Shown here: one piece after another, positions 43,869-58,129 of the stretch
Layout of the letters: every line of letters begins with the position of its first letter
Position numbering within the stretch: position 1 is the first letter of the stretch
Assembly (NCBI GenBank): GCA_964016885.1
Contig: OZ024757.1
Coordinates: forward strand, 25,606,001-25,670,000
Length of the DNA stretch: 64,000 nucleotides
Direction: 5' to 3'
Source: Eledone cirrhosa
Taxonomy: Eukaryota
The notes under the pieces: generated by a model
What the model was told of the DNA's origin: nothing
The model's database searches: none
The model's input: only the letters and a program-made list of their open reading frames with translations
Program-made: the position numbers and the translations under genes

Positions 43869-44419
43869 GAATATTTCATTGTCTTTTCCATTCTGTTTGG
43901 CTATTGTCTTTCTCAGTGGACTTTCTAGGAGGATTTTCTAGAGATTTCCTAGCAACATATCATAATATGAAGAATATATATGTGTGTGTATGTGTGTGTG
44001 TCTCTGTGTGTGTGAATGTGTGTGTGTGTGTGCACTTACGTATATACACCTTCCTGAACATGCAACCCCGTTCTTCCCCCAACCCTCACTTTCACATACA
44101 CACACACACACACGCACACCTAACCACACACACCACCTTCAGCCCTCCCCGCTCGGACACCCCGTCTCCCTCTCCCCACTCCACCCGCCTCCACCTCTAC
44201 TCACCCCACACCCTTCCACCACCTGTTTACCCCCCTTTTAATTTCAGTTTATTTTGATCATGCCTTTATTTTTAAATGTTCTCATTCCTTGTATTTTGAT
44301 CATGCTTTATTTTTATTTATTATTTATTATATTTTTGTCTTTATTTGTTAATTTTTCATTCGCACCGTTTCCTTTCGCTATATGTCTCTCCACCACTCCC
44401 CTACACACCTTTTGAACTC

Positions 44420-44455
44420 TTACCTGAAGAAGGGCTTATGCCCGAAACGTCGTCC
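44420..44455 (+). ncRNA. Minimal hammerhead-like core
   Basis: CTGAAGA-agggcttatgccc-GAAAC-GTC. Stem II is good, stem I is weak. AATAAA and a (TA)n tract follow. Confidence 0.6.
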
Positions 44456-45023
44456 TCCACCTACCCCCCACTCTCCTGAGCGTGAATCTAATAAACATTT
44501 GTCGTACTGCCTCTCTGTTCTGTCCCTGTTCAATTTCTTATTATATATATATATATATATATATTTATGTATTTACGTACGTATATGTGTGTGTATGTCT
44601 GTCTGTGTGTGTGTGCACTTATGTATGTATCTTTGTATGTATTTACGTACGTATATATGTATGTGTGTATGTATGCACTTACGTATGTATCTATGTATCT
44701 GTATGTATTTACGTATGCATGTACGTAGGTATGTGTGTATGTATGTCTGAATATATGTATGTAGGTAGTTAGCTAGCTATGTTATGTATATATATATATA
44801 TTCACACTCATATATATATATATACACACACACATATATATATAGTATATATACACATAACTTACAAACACACACACATAACATACATATATATGTATGT
44901 ATGTATATATGGATGGGTGTACGTTTGTATGCATTAATGTGTGTATGTATTCAAGTATGTACATACGTATGTATTTATTTGTTATGTATGCAAGTGTGGA
45001 TATGTATATTTTGATTTATATAC

Positions 45024-45100
<77 letters not shown>

Positions 45101-45193
45101 AATGAAAGGTATATATAAATGAAAGGTATAGAAAACATTGTAGCAAAAAGCCAACAGTATTCCATAATATATAAGTGAATATAGCGTCAATAT

Positions 45194-45400
45194 ATACGAT
45201 ATTAACAAATGGAAACTATATTTACTCTGTACTGTGGTTAGTTTTAACGTACGGATCCGTACGTTAACACTATCAACAGTACAGAGTAAATATTGTTTCC
45301 ATTTGTTAATATCGTATTTTTACTCCAAATATTTGTTGAGTGCTTTATATCAGTTATAAAAATATTTGCTTGTTGTATCCCAACAATTTAAATAGAACTT
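45194..45400. mobile_element. Foldback centred on GGATCC (45194-45317) with a family A'-related tail
   Basis: Imperfect palindrome. The tail gttgagtgctttatatcagttataaaaat...cccaacaa resembles the reverse complement of 5895-5950. Confidence 0.75.
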
Positions 45401-45401
45401 T

Positions 45402-45459
<58 letters not shown>

Positions 45460-45865
45460 ATTATTACGTGCTAAGCGCCTTGTATGTTTGTATAAATATA
45501 TGTATGTATGTAGATATACATTAAATCATATTAGTTTCATGCTTGTGGGAAAGGGGAAAAGAATGACTCAGTTTATCGAACGTTAGTCCTTCCTCAAAAA
45601 AGAGTAAAATTAGGAAAGATGGTAGGATGAGAGTTAGAGGTTGGGCAAGTCATAAGATAAGGGTTTCTTCATAATTCCTGGTACCAAATGTCATTCATAA
45701 CGCATTGTCCAAACCACACACACACATACACACACACACACATACACACACACACACATATATATAGAGATTTTGAGTTTATGTTGGTTGTATACCAACA
45801 CCTCAGTATGCAGGCTGGAGCACTCGACGAAGTGCGCAGGTTAGTTTGGTTACTCCGGAGTAGTG

Positions 45866-46178
45866 TAAAATAAAGTTAAATAAAAGTCAAATGATTAAAA
45901 TTTAGCTTCGTTTATTACTGCTATATATATTTCAGTGACAGCCATCTTTGGCTGTGACCTCTTCAGGCAGTTTGAATTAGTATGGTATAGACAAGTACAT
46001 ATGTTGTTTAGGTGTATAATATTGTCAATACTCTGATATGCCCAGTTCCTTGTTGGGTTGTTATTTCATACTAATTCAAACTGCCTGAAGAGGTCACAGC
46101 CAAAGATGGCTGTCACTGAAATATATATAGCAGTAATAAACGAAGCTAAATTTTAATCATTTGACTTTTATTTAACTT

Positions 46179-46185
<7 letters not shown>
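45866..46185. mobile_element. Foldback with 119-bp arms, each holding a complete HHR (45917-45971 minus, 46080-46134 plus)
   Basis: actgc-CTGAAGA-ggtcacagccaaagatggctgtcact-GAAA-tatat-ATA-gcagt. The spacer is 82 bp. Confidence 0.9.
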
Positions 46186-46225
<40 letters not shown>

Positions 46226-46290
46226 AAAGGTAAACAGAAATGACAACACAATCGGTACAGTATATGGAAGGGATATTATATATATATATA

Positions 46291-46456
46291 CCGAATTTCC
46301 CGGCGCCGAAGACGCTTCGTCCTCGAGAACGCACCCTAATTTTGACAACCAAAAATTTGAAAAAATGATAAACAACCTTCGGCCTCCAGGACGTATGGTA
46401 GATTTTTGAGACTTATTTTAAGAAAAAAGTAGCGTCTTCGACGCCGGGGAATACGA
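46291..46456. mobile_element. pogo/Tc1-type MITE
   Basis: TA-ccgaatttcccggcgccgaagacgc ... gcgtcttcgacgccggggaatacga-TA. Confidence 0.75.
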
Positions 46457-46517
46457 TATATATATGTGTGTGTGGAAAAAATTACCAAGGTTTAATACAT
46501 GAATACATTGTTTAATT

Positions 46518-46588
46518 GATTTACATATGTTTCATTCAACTACGAAGGATGTAACATTTAATACCTTTGTAGAGAAATCTTCAGGCTC
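46518..46588 (-). other. Decayed HHR core
   Basis: Minus strand reads CTGAAGA-tttctctacaaagg...ccttcgtagttgaat-GAAAC-atat-GTA; stem I is mismatched. Confidence 0.5.
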
Positions 46589-46685
46589 ACAGAATCATTA
46601 GCAAATATAGAAAAGATATTTATTTACCAATCCTATGTTCTCATGCACCCTACAGTATGAAGTTACCTCCATATTATATATATAT

Positions 46686-47314
46686 AAGGGCTCAGGATCT
46701 CTTCCCCTTTGAGCACATTACATTATTTACAGGGAATAACGACGGCCTATGCCTCCGTTAATTTATCGTGATATTTCGCTCCTAACAACAGCCTTTCCTA
46801 ACTCTGTTTGGTTGAGCACTCTTCTCTGAGTGGCTTTGGGCTGCCCTTTCTAGCAGTTCGTCTCTCAGAGGCCACTGGTTCACTGCCCTTAAACACGCTG
46901 TGACTTCTCTCTCCCACGTGTAGCTGGACAGTCAATTGTAAAATTCTCTTAGTGTTGTCTGAAATGTATAGCCTTACACACGCTGATGAACCGAGACTAC
47001 CATTTCTTTCAACAAATTTTCTGGTGAAACATATCTCTGGATTTGTACGTGTGTTATATAGTTATAGAGGTATTTATTTACGCTTTAATTTATATTTTTA
47101 ATTATCGTGTCTATAGTCTGCCTTTCATAGGTTATAGATTCCATACACTGGTGGTTTTTTTCCCTGTATTATTGATAACGCACTATATATCTCTCTCTGG
47201 TGTGTTACCTTCTCAACATATTATATTCTAAAGGGCTCAGGATCTCTTCCCCTTTGAGCACATTATTTACAGAGAATAACGACGGCCTATGCCTCCGTTA
47301 ATTTATCGTGATAT
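46686..47314 (+). mobile_element. Retrozyme-like element (family D): about 545-nt unit, about 85-nt terminal direct repeat, HHR at 46976-47054
   Basis: acacacg-CTGATGA-acc...ggt-GAA-ACAtatctctggattTGT-A-cgtgtgt. 46686-46774 matches 47231-47314. TA-tract flanks, no ORF. Confidence 0.8.
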
Positions 47315-47584
47315 ATATATATATATATATATATACATTCATTTAAATTATTGATTTATTGATATTTTATTTGAGTGACCCGAATCTTCCTGGTCGTTCT
47401 TTTTCGGCTGCGCGGGTGATTTTAGGCATAATCTTTATGTGTTGGTAATTTAACGATAGTTATAGCTCTGATTTATCCAAATTATTGAGCCCTCTGCCAC
47501 TCATATCGGATTTGTTTATCGTTAATTCGTGAGCTGATTTTCCGATACTCGATTATTCTATTATATATATATATATATATATAC

Positions 47585-47654
<70 letters not shown>

Positions 47655-47756
47655 GAAGACCCTCTGCCTGCTATTTCAAGCGTTAACCTAATATATTCCT
47701 TCCATATACTGTACCAATTGTGTTGTTATTTCTGTTTACGTTTTACACACACACAG

Positions 47757-47848
<92 letters not shown>

Positions 47849-48029
47849 GCACACACACACACACGTACACATACATATATATATATATATACATACACAC
47901 CGATGAATCTGATTTGCAAGGTTTTTGATTTAAAATCGTGTGTTGAAACAAATATTGTTATATATTTATATTTTTCTGGCAATATTATAACAATATGACC
48001 CTCCCCAAATATAACAATATATATATATA

Positions 48030-48215
48030 ACAAAGAGGCTTTGGTAAGATACTAGGTGGGCCATAACGCACCAGAATACTCGATACTTAGGGTGGATAAT
48101 AGGGAAAAAGTCAGGACCGCGACGGCTGAGCTCCGTTTCGACAACTAGATCGATTCGGATCTAGCTGTCGAAATGGCCGGAGCTCAGCCGTCGGGGTTCT
48201 GACTTTGTTCCCTAT
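48030..48215. mobile_element. Family B foldback
   Basis: Tail plus arms around the hairpin ctagatcgattcggatctag. Confidence 0.8.
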
Positions 48216-48516
48216 TTATATATATATACATAAGCATAAATTTATGGTATACCTCGGCTGCTTAACACACAAAATAATGTAGAAAAGTAATGAAATATGA
48301 AAAAAAAATAAAATGAAAAATGGCGTCCTTGAAATTTAAATCTTTTCAATAAATCCATATGTGAAGATGAAGAAGAAAAAGTAAATGATAGTGTTATAGA
48401 TTAACTTAATCCGATTAAAACGTTTTGTTTCTCTGGATTAACTTTGTTTATTGTCACCCCTCTGCCCGCCATCTTTCACCTCCAATGTCACTTTCTATTA
48501 CTTGTATATATTCTAA

Positions 48517-48568
<52 letters not shown>

Positions 48569-48581
48569 GTGTGTGTGTGTG

Positions 48582-48637
<56 letters not shown>

Positions 48638-48804
48638 ATCATATATATGTATATATATCGTATATATATACATATATATATATCATATATATCAATATAT
48701 ATCATATATATATGTATATATATCATATATATAATATTTATCTATATCTCTCTCTCTCTATATATATATATATATTTTATACACACACATATATATATAC
48801 ATAC

Positions 48805-48837
<33 letters not shown>

Positions 48838-48999
48838 TAGATAGATAGATAGATACATATATATATTTATGTGTGCGTGTGTGTGTGTGTCTGTTCTATT
48901 TTTCTTGTATAATTCTTCACCAATTGAAATATAACGTGGTTTATGGCCCCGAAACAAAGTTCTTTCGTTGGAATTTAGACCAAATCAATTGTGTAGGTG

Positions 49000-49043
<44 letters not shown>

Positions 49044-49129
49044 CATGTATGTGTGTATGATTTATGTATATATCTAAGCATGTATGTTCGTATGTATGTA
49101 TATATGTGTATATGTATACATAGATCGTG

Positions 49130-49530
49130 CTAAACTTCTGGAATGCTTCACATATTTTCACAGTTCCATTTGTAATTTCCTAATTAGCCATATCTTTTCT
49201 TGTTTCGTAGTGAAGCCAACCTTCTTAAAATTGGCCCCCAGGCAGTTTAGCTACGTATTAAAGCACCCCTATAATCATAGTTACAAATCTAACCTCATAT
49301 TCCGGGCGTAGATTTTGCAGAATTCTCATTAGTTCCGCATAGACGGGGTTCTTTTTCATTTATCCTTAATATCATGTTATCGTCTGCTGTACATCTGATT
49401 TATAATGTTGTAGAGAATTTCTTTTCTCTGTTCCAGATCATTATGTCTGATCTGTTATGCTTAACTTTTACACACATTTTTGATATTTTGATAGCGACAT
49501 TCCATTCTATAGCTATCATTTCATATTTGT
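49130..49530 (-). pseudogene. Degraded REL-endonuclease domain of an R4/Dong/CRE-like LINE
   Basis: Hand translation across stops and frameshifts gives WNVAIK...KHNRSDIMIWNREKK...ADDN...INEK...YAELMRILQNL...IIGVL...GTVKICEAF. Confidence 0.65.
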
Positions 49531-50428
49531 TGCTTTATAGCAGTCATGAGCAACCCGCGACCCGCCAAACTTTATGAATGGCTCCCCTAAGTCACCTAAG
49601 TGAAATCTTTCTGATTTTTGTGCTTCAACTTTTCAGTCGTAATTTATCTTTCTATCATTTTTACGATCGAGAAAAACAAGGTGTTCCAATTCTGGAGAAA
49701 CAAATCAAAACAACCTGAGTTACTGCCCTTTTTTTAATGTGGGCACGAATGTAAATTAGCGCTTGCAGCCCGCCTGCTGATGCATGCGGCCCGCTTCTCG
49801 AAAAAGGTTGCCCATGCCTGCTTTATAGTATAGAGTTACGTCCCTTCGCCATCTGAGTTCAAATCCGGCCAGGGTTAGCGTTGCGTTTCATCCTTACAGG
49901 GTCGACAAAATGAAGTACCAGTAATGCATTGGAGTCGATTTAATCGACTTCCCCGCACCCAAAAAAAAAAAAAAAATTGTTGGCCTTGTTTGTTATTGGG
50001 AATGCATGTGGGTATGTATATATGTGTGTAGATTTGTGTGTCTATATGTGTGTGTGCGTATGTATGTCTGTGTGAGTGCGTATGTATGTGTTTCTGCATG
50101 TGTGGTGTGCGTATGTATGTGTGTCTACATGTCTGTGTGTCAGTATGTATGTGTCTGCATGTGTGAGTGCATATGTATGTGTGTGCATATGTATGTATGC
50201 CGCCATGTGTGTGCGTATGTATGTGTGTCTGTGTGCGTATGTATGTTTGTCGGCATGTATATGTGTGTGTTCATATGTATGTATATCAGCATGTGTGTGT
50301 CCATATGTATGCGTATCGGCATGTTTGTATGCATATGTATGTGTGTCAACATGTGTGTGCGTGTGTGCTTATGTATATATATAGTCATGTGCGTGGGTGT
50401 GTGTGTGTGTGCATATGTATATGTATTG

Positions 50429-50464
<36 letters not shown>

Positions 50465-50608
50465 ATATGTATATGTATTGTCGTGTGTGTGTGTGCATAT
50501 GTATATATGTATAGTCGTGTGTGTACATATGTATATGTATTTTCGTGTGTGTGTGCATATGTATATGTATAGTCGTGTGTGTGTCTATATGTATATGTAT
50601 ATGTATAG

Positions 50609-50651
<43 letters not shown>

Positions 50652-50800
50652 GTAACCATGATTACCAACAAAGTCTTACTTTTGACACACTGACGTATCC
50701 TGTCGCCCCTGGATATTGATGACTGAAGAAACACCTTTAGGTATAGCTTTATAATCCTACTCACTTCACATATACTCTTACTGGCGCTTACTTGTGTGTG

Positions 50801-50841
<41 letters not shown>

Positions 50842-50900
50842 ATGTGTGTGTATATTCATATATATATATATATATTTATTTATATATATATTCATATATA

Positions 50901-50943
<43 letters not shown>

Positions 50944-50945
50944 GA

Positions 50946-50979
<34 letters not shown>

Positions 50980-51030
50980 TCATATATATATATATATATT
51001 TATATGAATATATATTCATATATATTTATA

Positions 51031-51087
<57 letters not shown>

Positions 51088-51251
51088 TTAAAATCGTAAC
51101 TCGATATTCATGTATATATATATATATTCATATATATATATATATTCACATATATATATGTATATATATATATTCATATATATATATATACATATATATA
51201 TATTCATATATATATGTATATATTCATATATATATGTATATATATATATTC

Positions 51252-51315
<64 letters not shown>

Positions 51316-51328
51316 TCATATATATATG

Positions 51329-51378
<50 letters not shown>

Positions 51379-51420
51379 TATATATATGTATATATTCAAA
51401 TATATATGTATATATATATA

Positions 51421-51461
<41 letters not shown>

Positions 51462-51500
51462 CTATATTCATATATATATATATATATATCTATATATATC

Positions 51501-51532
<32 letters not shown>

Positions 51533-51534
<2 letters not shown>

Positions 51535-52414
51535 CGTTATTCCGGGTTGAATCGGAGGTAACCACAGTAAGTAAGGTACTCAATACATAGCAGAGTATAA
51601 CAGTTTTAATATAGATGAGACTCTACAGGACTAGAACTGTTTCATTCATTAGAAATCATCAGGAATCTGGGTATCAAAAAATAAATATGGTATTTATAGG
51701 TCTCTACAAGTGGTAGGAGAGGGTGGGGAGTGGGATGGGTGCAGGTCATTGGTTGATAGAAAAGGGAATTCATTAAAAGCTAATTCTACAAAGCTATAGT
51801 TAATTTTTATTTATATTTATTTATGTTTTTAGAGTAACAAAGGCAGACAGAATTCTATAAACAGGTTCCGGATGGCATACCATTCCTTGTCAATAAGTTT
51901 CTCTTAAGCTAACAGATGTCTATAAAATCAGTGGGGGGTCAGTCATGCTCGATAGAATTAAAGAAAAGGGAGATTCTTTAAAAGCTAAAGTCATTAAGGT
52001 TCTACTAAGTGACAAAGGTCTAGGGAATTCTGCAGACAGATTCAAAATACTGAGTGCATATCTTACTATTATCTTCGAACTTCTCTTAAACTAATCAACA
52101 ATATGCCAAAATCAACAGACACATTCACAAAAAAACAAAAAAAACAAAAAAACAAAAAAACAGAAAAACAAAAAAACACATAAAAAACAAAAAAAACAGA
52201 AAAACATAAATAAATATAAATAAAAATTAACTATAGCTTTGTAGAATTAGCTTTTAATGAATTCCCTTTTCTATCAACCAATGACCTGCACCCATCCCAC
52301 TCCCCACCCTCTCCTACCACTTGTAGAGACCTATAAATACCATATTTATTTTTTGATACCCAGATTCCTGATGATTTCTAATGAATGAAACAGTTCTAGT
52401 CCTGTAGAATCTCA

Positions 52415-52421
<7 letters not shown>
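51533..52421. mobile_element. Longest family A foldback (arms about 51609-51830 / 52200-52421); HHRs at 51618-51668 minus and 52362-52412 plus
   Basis: Inverted arms of about 220 bp, a spacer of about 370 bp, the same left terminus as other family A copies, and (TA)n flanks. Confidence 0.9.
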
Positions 52422-52450
<29 letters not shown>

Positions 52451-52577
52451 TATATATATATATATATTCATATATATATGTATATATTCATATATATATG
52501 TATATATATATATGAATATATATATATATATATCAAGTAAGAATATTTTCAAAATAGCGAGTGGGTTTGAAATTATT

Positions 52578-52794
52578 AGAAATGTAAGCTATCGCCGTAT
52601 TTTGACTAAAGAAATTAAAGAAATTATTTAGCCTGATAGGGGTTAAGAACCCTCGAAGAAATGGAAAAGGATGAGTATTGACGTACATGTACGTCAATAC
52701 TCATCCTTTTCCATTTCTTCGAGGGTTCTTAACCCCTATCAGGCTAAATAATTTCTTTAATTTCTTTAGTCAAAATACGGCGATAGCTTACATT

Positions 52795-52797
<3 letters not shown>
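52578..52797. repeat. Spacerless 220-bp palindrome
   Basis: Centre ...gacgtaca|tgtacgtc...; no mismatches seen by eye. Confidence 0.9.
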
Positions 52798-52831
<34 letters not shown>

Positions 52832-52846
52832 ATATATATATATATA

Positions 52847-53211
52847 TAAAATACAATATGTTGAAAAGGTAACACACTAGAGAGAGATAGTGTGCCATCA
52901 ATAAAACAGGGAAAACCACCAGTGTATGGAATCTATAATCTATGGAAGGCAGAGTAGAGACACAATAATTAAAAATATAAATTAAAATGTATATACGCAC
53001 CTCTATAACTACTATATAACACACGCGCTATAACTATATAACAGATTCCATACACTGGTGGTTTTCCCTGTTTTATTGATGGCACTCTATCTCTCTCTAG
53101 TGTGTTACCTTTTCAACATATTGTATTTTAAAGAGCTCAGGATTCCTTTTCCATTGAGCACATTATTGACAGGGAATAACGAGAGTCGATGGCTCCGTTA
53201 ATTATCGTGAT
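52847..53211. mobile_element. Family D foldback copy
   Basis: 52847-53025 matches the reverse complement of about 47048-47230. 53043-53211 matches about 47136-47312. Confidence 0.85.
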
Positions 53212-53229
53212 AATTATATATATTTTTAA

Positions 53230-53418
53230 GGAGCGATTGACTTTCATCAAATCGGTCTTTCCAATTGCTAATGCTATCTATCGGTCGCAACTCCAGGTAG
53301 ATGGAGCAAGGTGAAATAAAGTGCCTTGCTCAAGCACATAACGCATCGCCTGGTCTATGAATCGAACTCACAACCTCACGATTGCGAAGCCAATTCTCTA
53401 ACCACTCAGCCACACGCC
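53230..53418 (-). mobile_element. SINE S2
   Basis: Reverse complement of the 53973 copy. Confidence 0.75.
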
Positions 53419-53421
53419 ACA

Positions 53422-53655
<234 letters not shown>

Positions 53656-53972
53656 CTTATATATTTATTCAATTGAAGAAAGTTGGTTGATTGAAAATCT
53701 GCCGATTTTCACAGATGTGAAGCATTCCACGGTTTTTGTTCATCTTCAGTTTTATTATTATAATAAAGAAGGAAGACGGTTTCATTTGTACATCCCTATT
53801 TATTTTGTTATACGTATTTCACTGACTCAGGGCAGTTGTTATATAACTGCCCTACGTCTATATATATATATATACAGAGAGAGAGAGAGAGATAGACTAA
53901 CCTATAAATACACACACACCCACACACACGCATATATATATGTATATATATATATATATATATATGTGTGAA

Positions 53973-54187
53973 GGCGTGTGGCTGAGTGGTTAGAGAATTG
54001 GATTCTCAATCTTGAGGTTGTGAGTTCGATTCGTGGACCGGGCGATGCGTTATGTCCTTGGGCAAGACACTTTATTTCACGTTGTTCCTTCTACCCGGAG
54101 TTGCGACCGATAGATAGTACTAGCAACTGGAAAGACCGACGGAAACATTGTTTCCTCGGTCCGATTTGACGAAAGTCGATCGTTCCT
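53973..54187 (+). mobile_element. SINE S2, full length
   Basis: A box tggctgagtgg, B box gagttcgattc, then tgtccttgggcaagacact. Confidence 0.8.
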
Positions 54188-54321
54188 TTTTATATATATA
54201 TACTCAGGCATTAACGCAAACACATGAATATACGCGTGCGTTTGGACACACACACACCCAGAGGTATGTATATGTTTATATATATATATATATATTTATA
54301 TATGTATAAAATATATAATTT

Positions 54322-54364
<43 letters not shown>

Positions 54365-54487
54365 TTAGAGAGTGTGTGAGGAAGGGAGATTGATAACATC
54401 TAGATAGATAAATAAATAGAAAGATAAATTGCTACACACAAACACACACATACATACAGAGACAGATCGGTATAGAGATAGGCAGAA

Positions 54488-54518
<31 letters not shown>

Positions 54519-54734
54519 CATACATACACACACACAGATAGATAGATTTGACTGGCAAACATTTCTGACAATGGTTTTCTATATCCCTAAGGGTAAGAAA
54601 ACAACAGCAGATACAAGAAAAACGACAAAGTAAATTACTCAGTCGACTAAAAGGAAAAAAATATATAATCAAAGATGGCGTCTTAGATTTCTAATATTCT
54701 CAATGGCGAAACGAACTATGGCTGAAAGAACAAA

Positions 54735-54862
<128 letters not shown>

Positions 54863-54863
54863 G

Positions 54864-54915
<52 letters not shown>

Positions 54916-55006
54916 TATGTATACATATATATATATATATGTATTTTTATATATAATTATGTATTTATATATATATATATTTATATATATATGTATATAT
55001 ATATAC

Positions 55007-55059
<53 letters not shown>

Positions 55060-55367
55060 CATGAAGTAGATATTGTATTTAAGTAAAAACGAAAGCATTA
55101 TAAGGTGTCGTTCAACTGATGAAACATATGATATATTCCTTTGTTCTTTTTTTTCTCTTTTCTCCTTCTGAAAGTTTCTGTCCATGCCGAACACACACGC
55201 ACCCTTACACACACACACACACACACACACTGACACAAACACACACACTCACACACACAAGCACACACACACACACACAGAGGACTATCCTGGTGAATTC
55301 CTTCGAATGAAACAGTTCTAGTCCTGCAGAAGCTATTTCTATATTAAAAACAAGAACTTTACTTATA

Positions 55368-56810
55368 ATTGTTTCTACTTTTTGCACAAGGCCGGCAATT
55401 ATCCCAGTGTATTACTGGTACTTTATTTTATCGGCCCCGTAAGGATGAAAAGCAAAGTTAACCTCGGCGGGATTTGAACTCAGTGCGTAAAGGGACGTAA
55501 CTGTGCTGCAAAGCATGGCGTCCGACTCTCTACCGATACTGCCAATCCATTATATAATGATTTCCGATTTAGGCCAACAGCTTTTTTTTTTTTTTTTTTT
55601 TGAGGAAGAGAATGTTGATTAAATCTACCCCAGTGTATTACTGGTACTTTATTTTATCGACCCCGTAAGGATGAAAGGTAAAAGCTAACCTCGGCTTTGT
55701 GGCTAGAGTATTCGGTTCACGATCGTATTGTGATTTCAATCCCAGTGGTGCGTTGTGTCCTTGAGACCTTCAGCAAGACACTTTATTTCAGGTTGCTCCA
55801 GCCCACTCAGGTGGCAAAAGTGAGTTGTACTTGTAATTCGAAGGACCAGCCTTGTCACACACTGTGTTACACTGAATCTCCCTGAGATCTACATAAAAGG
55901 TACGCGTGTCTATGGAATGTACAGCCACTTGAACGTTAATTTCACGAGCAGGCTGTTCCGTTGATCGGATCAACTGGAACACTCGTCGTCGTAACCGACG
56001 GAGTGCCTCCATTTCCAATCCATATCTTTATTAACAATTTGGTTTTTTTTTTTTTGCTTAACCAAACTGTTTCCTGGCCATAAATATGATTTCTACTTTA
56101 GGCTTAATCTTCGGGGAAAGGGAAGTTGATTAAATCGACCCCAGTACTTAAATAGTATTTTATGTTATTGATTTTGATCAGTGAAGGCGCCATGGCTTAA
56201 AGGTTACCGCTTTGGGCTTACACTCGTGAGGTTGTAAGTTCGATTCCCGGACCGGGTGATGCGTTGTGTCTTTGAGCAAGACACTTTATTTCATTGTTTT
56301 ACATACTTAGTGGTTAGAGAACTGGATTGACAAGTTTGATTCCCGGGGCCAGTGATGTTTTGTGTCGTTCAGCAAACTGTACCTCTTTGCTGTACATATT
56401 TACGGTAGTGGTTAAAGTGTTTGATTTGCAATCGTGAAGTTGTGGGTTTGATTCTCGGATCGAGTGATGCTTTGTGTCTTTGAGCAAGACACTTTATTTC
56501 ACGTTGCTCCAGTTTACTCAGCTGTAGAAATGAGTTTCAACGTCACTGGTGCCAAGCTGTATTGGTCATTGCCTTTCCTTTGGACAATATCGTATATAGT
56601 GTATAATATACTGAACACGTTATACATATAGTGCGTATATAAACTGTACATAATGTATATATAGTGTATCTAGGACTACACTTTTTAATGTACAGTATTG
56701 TAGTTAATGCCTTTCCCTTGGACAACATCGGTCACGTTGAGAGGAGAGACTGGTATGCATGGGTGACTGCTGATCTATAAACAAACCTTGCCCCGACTTG
56801 TACCTCGGAT
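55368..56810. mobile_element. Cluster of S1 and S2-related SINEs
   Basis: S1 (minus) at 55368-55548 and about 55610-55695. tRNA-head SINEs (plus) at about 55698-56010 and 56185-56810. Confidence 0.7.
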
Positions 56811-57022
56811 CATGCTCTATCAAATATGCGGCCCTTTACAAGCACACCTGCGGCCCGCACAAGGGTTTATACAGCGCGAGCATTTTTTTTTATCTTCGTA
56901 GCATAAAATGAAAAACAAATTAGTTGCTATGTGCGCAATTAGTTGTCGTGTGTGGCCCTCACACAACACATATGTAACCCATATGGCCCCCGGGGCACCC
57001 TCATTTTGACATGCCGGTTCTA
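56810..57022. mobile_element. Probable hAT-type MITE
   Basis: Ends caaatatgcggccc...tttgacatgcc with subterminal gcggccc motifs. A similar end is at 49760-49820. Confidence 0.45.
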
Positions 57023-57518
57023 GATAAAAACTCCATGGTTATTTGTAACCGACAGTTGTCTTTACCTTTTACCGTTTATCGGCTGAGAAAAAATGAAAGT
57101 CAGAGTTGTCAATGGCAAGAGTTGAACTCAGCGCTTAAAGAACCGCAAAATAATTGTTTTTACTTTTTGCACAAGGCCAGCAATTACCCCAGTGTATTAC
57201 TGGTACTTTATTTTATCGACCCTATAAGGATGAAAGGCAAAGTTAACCTCGGCGGGATTTGAACTCAGATCATAAACTGCCGTAACTCTATGCTGCAAAG
57301 CATGGCGTCCGACCCTCTACCGACACTGCAAATCCACGTTTTATTTTTTGATCACGTGATATTTACAGTCACGAAACCGTCTGGTAATGTAAAAGTAAGT
57401 CAAACAGTTAATATGGATATTGTCAACTTTCGCTTTACTACGCATTGATACCTCGATTCTTTAGTTTGTATCCATATACACACACACATATATATATATA
57501 TATGTATATATATATGTG

Positions 57519-57582
<64 letters not shown>

Positions 57583-57602
57583 CACATATATATATATACA
57601 TA

Positions 57603-57663
<61 letters not shown>

Positions 57664-58129
57664 ATATATATATGTGTGTGTATGTATGTATATATATATA
57701 TGCGTGTGTGTGTGTGTATGTATATATATATATGTGTGTGTATGTATGTATATAAATATATGCGTGTGTGTGTATGTATGTATATATATATATATGTGTG
57801 TGTGTATGTATGTATATATATATGTGGCATTGTTCGTGCATACATGTTTAACTTAATTTATATAAATCACACACATACACACACACACACAGGCAAGCAG
57901 AACTCATCGAGATATACTCCCACGCGCCACATGTCGACGCATATAGCTAAACGATTCATTATACTCGTTACCGTGGTAACTGCGAGCAGACGACATCAGA
58001 TGACGCACACCTGAAGAGGAGTTTGTGAATTTCAAATCTGAAAGCAACAATTGAAATTAAACAGAAAAACAAAATGTAAAAAATAAAAAAAAACTCTAAT
58101 AATAATCAAAATAATAATAATAATTATAA

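Noticed and set aside
53973-54050. tRNA gene
   Set aside because: A and B boxes are present, but the sequence continues into a SINE body and occurs as several diverged copies.
58011-58050. CTGAAGA-hairpin-GAAA
   Set aside because: No stem III or stem I pairing; could be chance or heavy decay.
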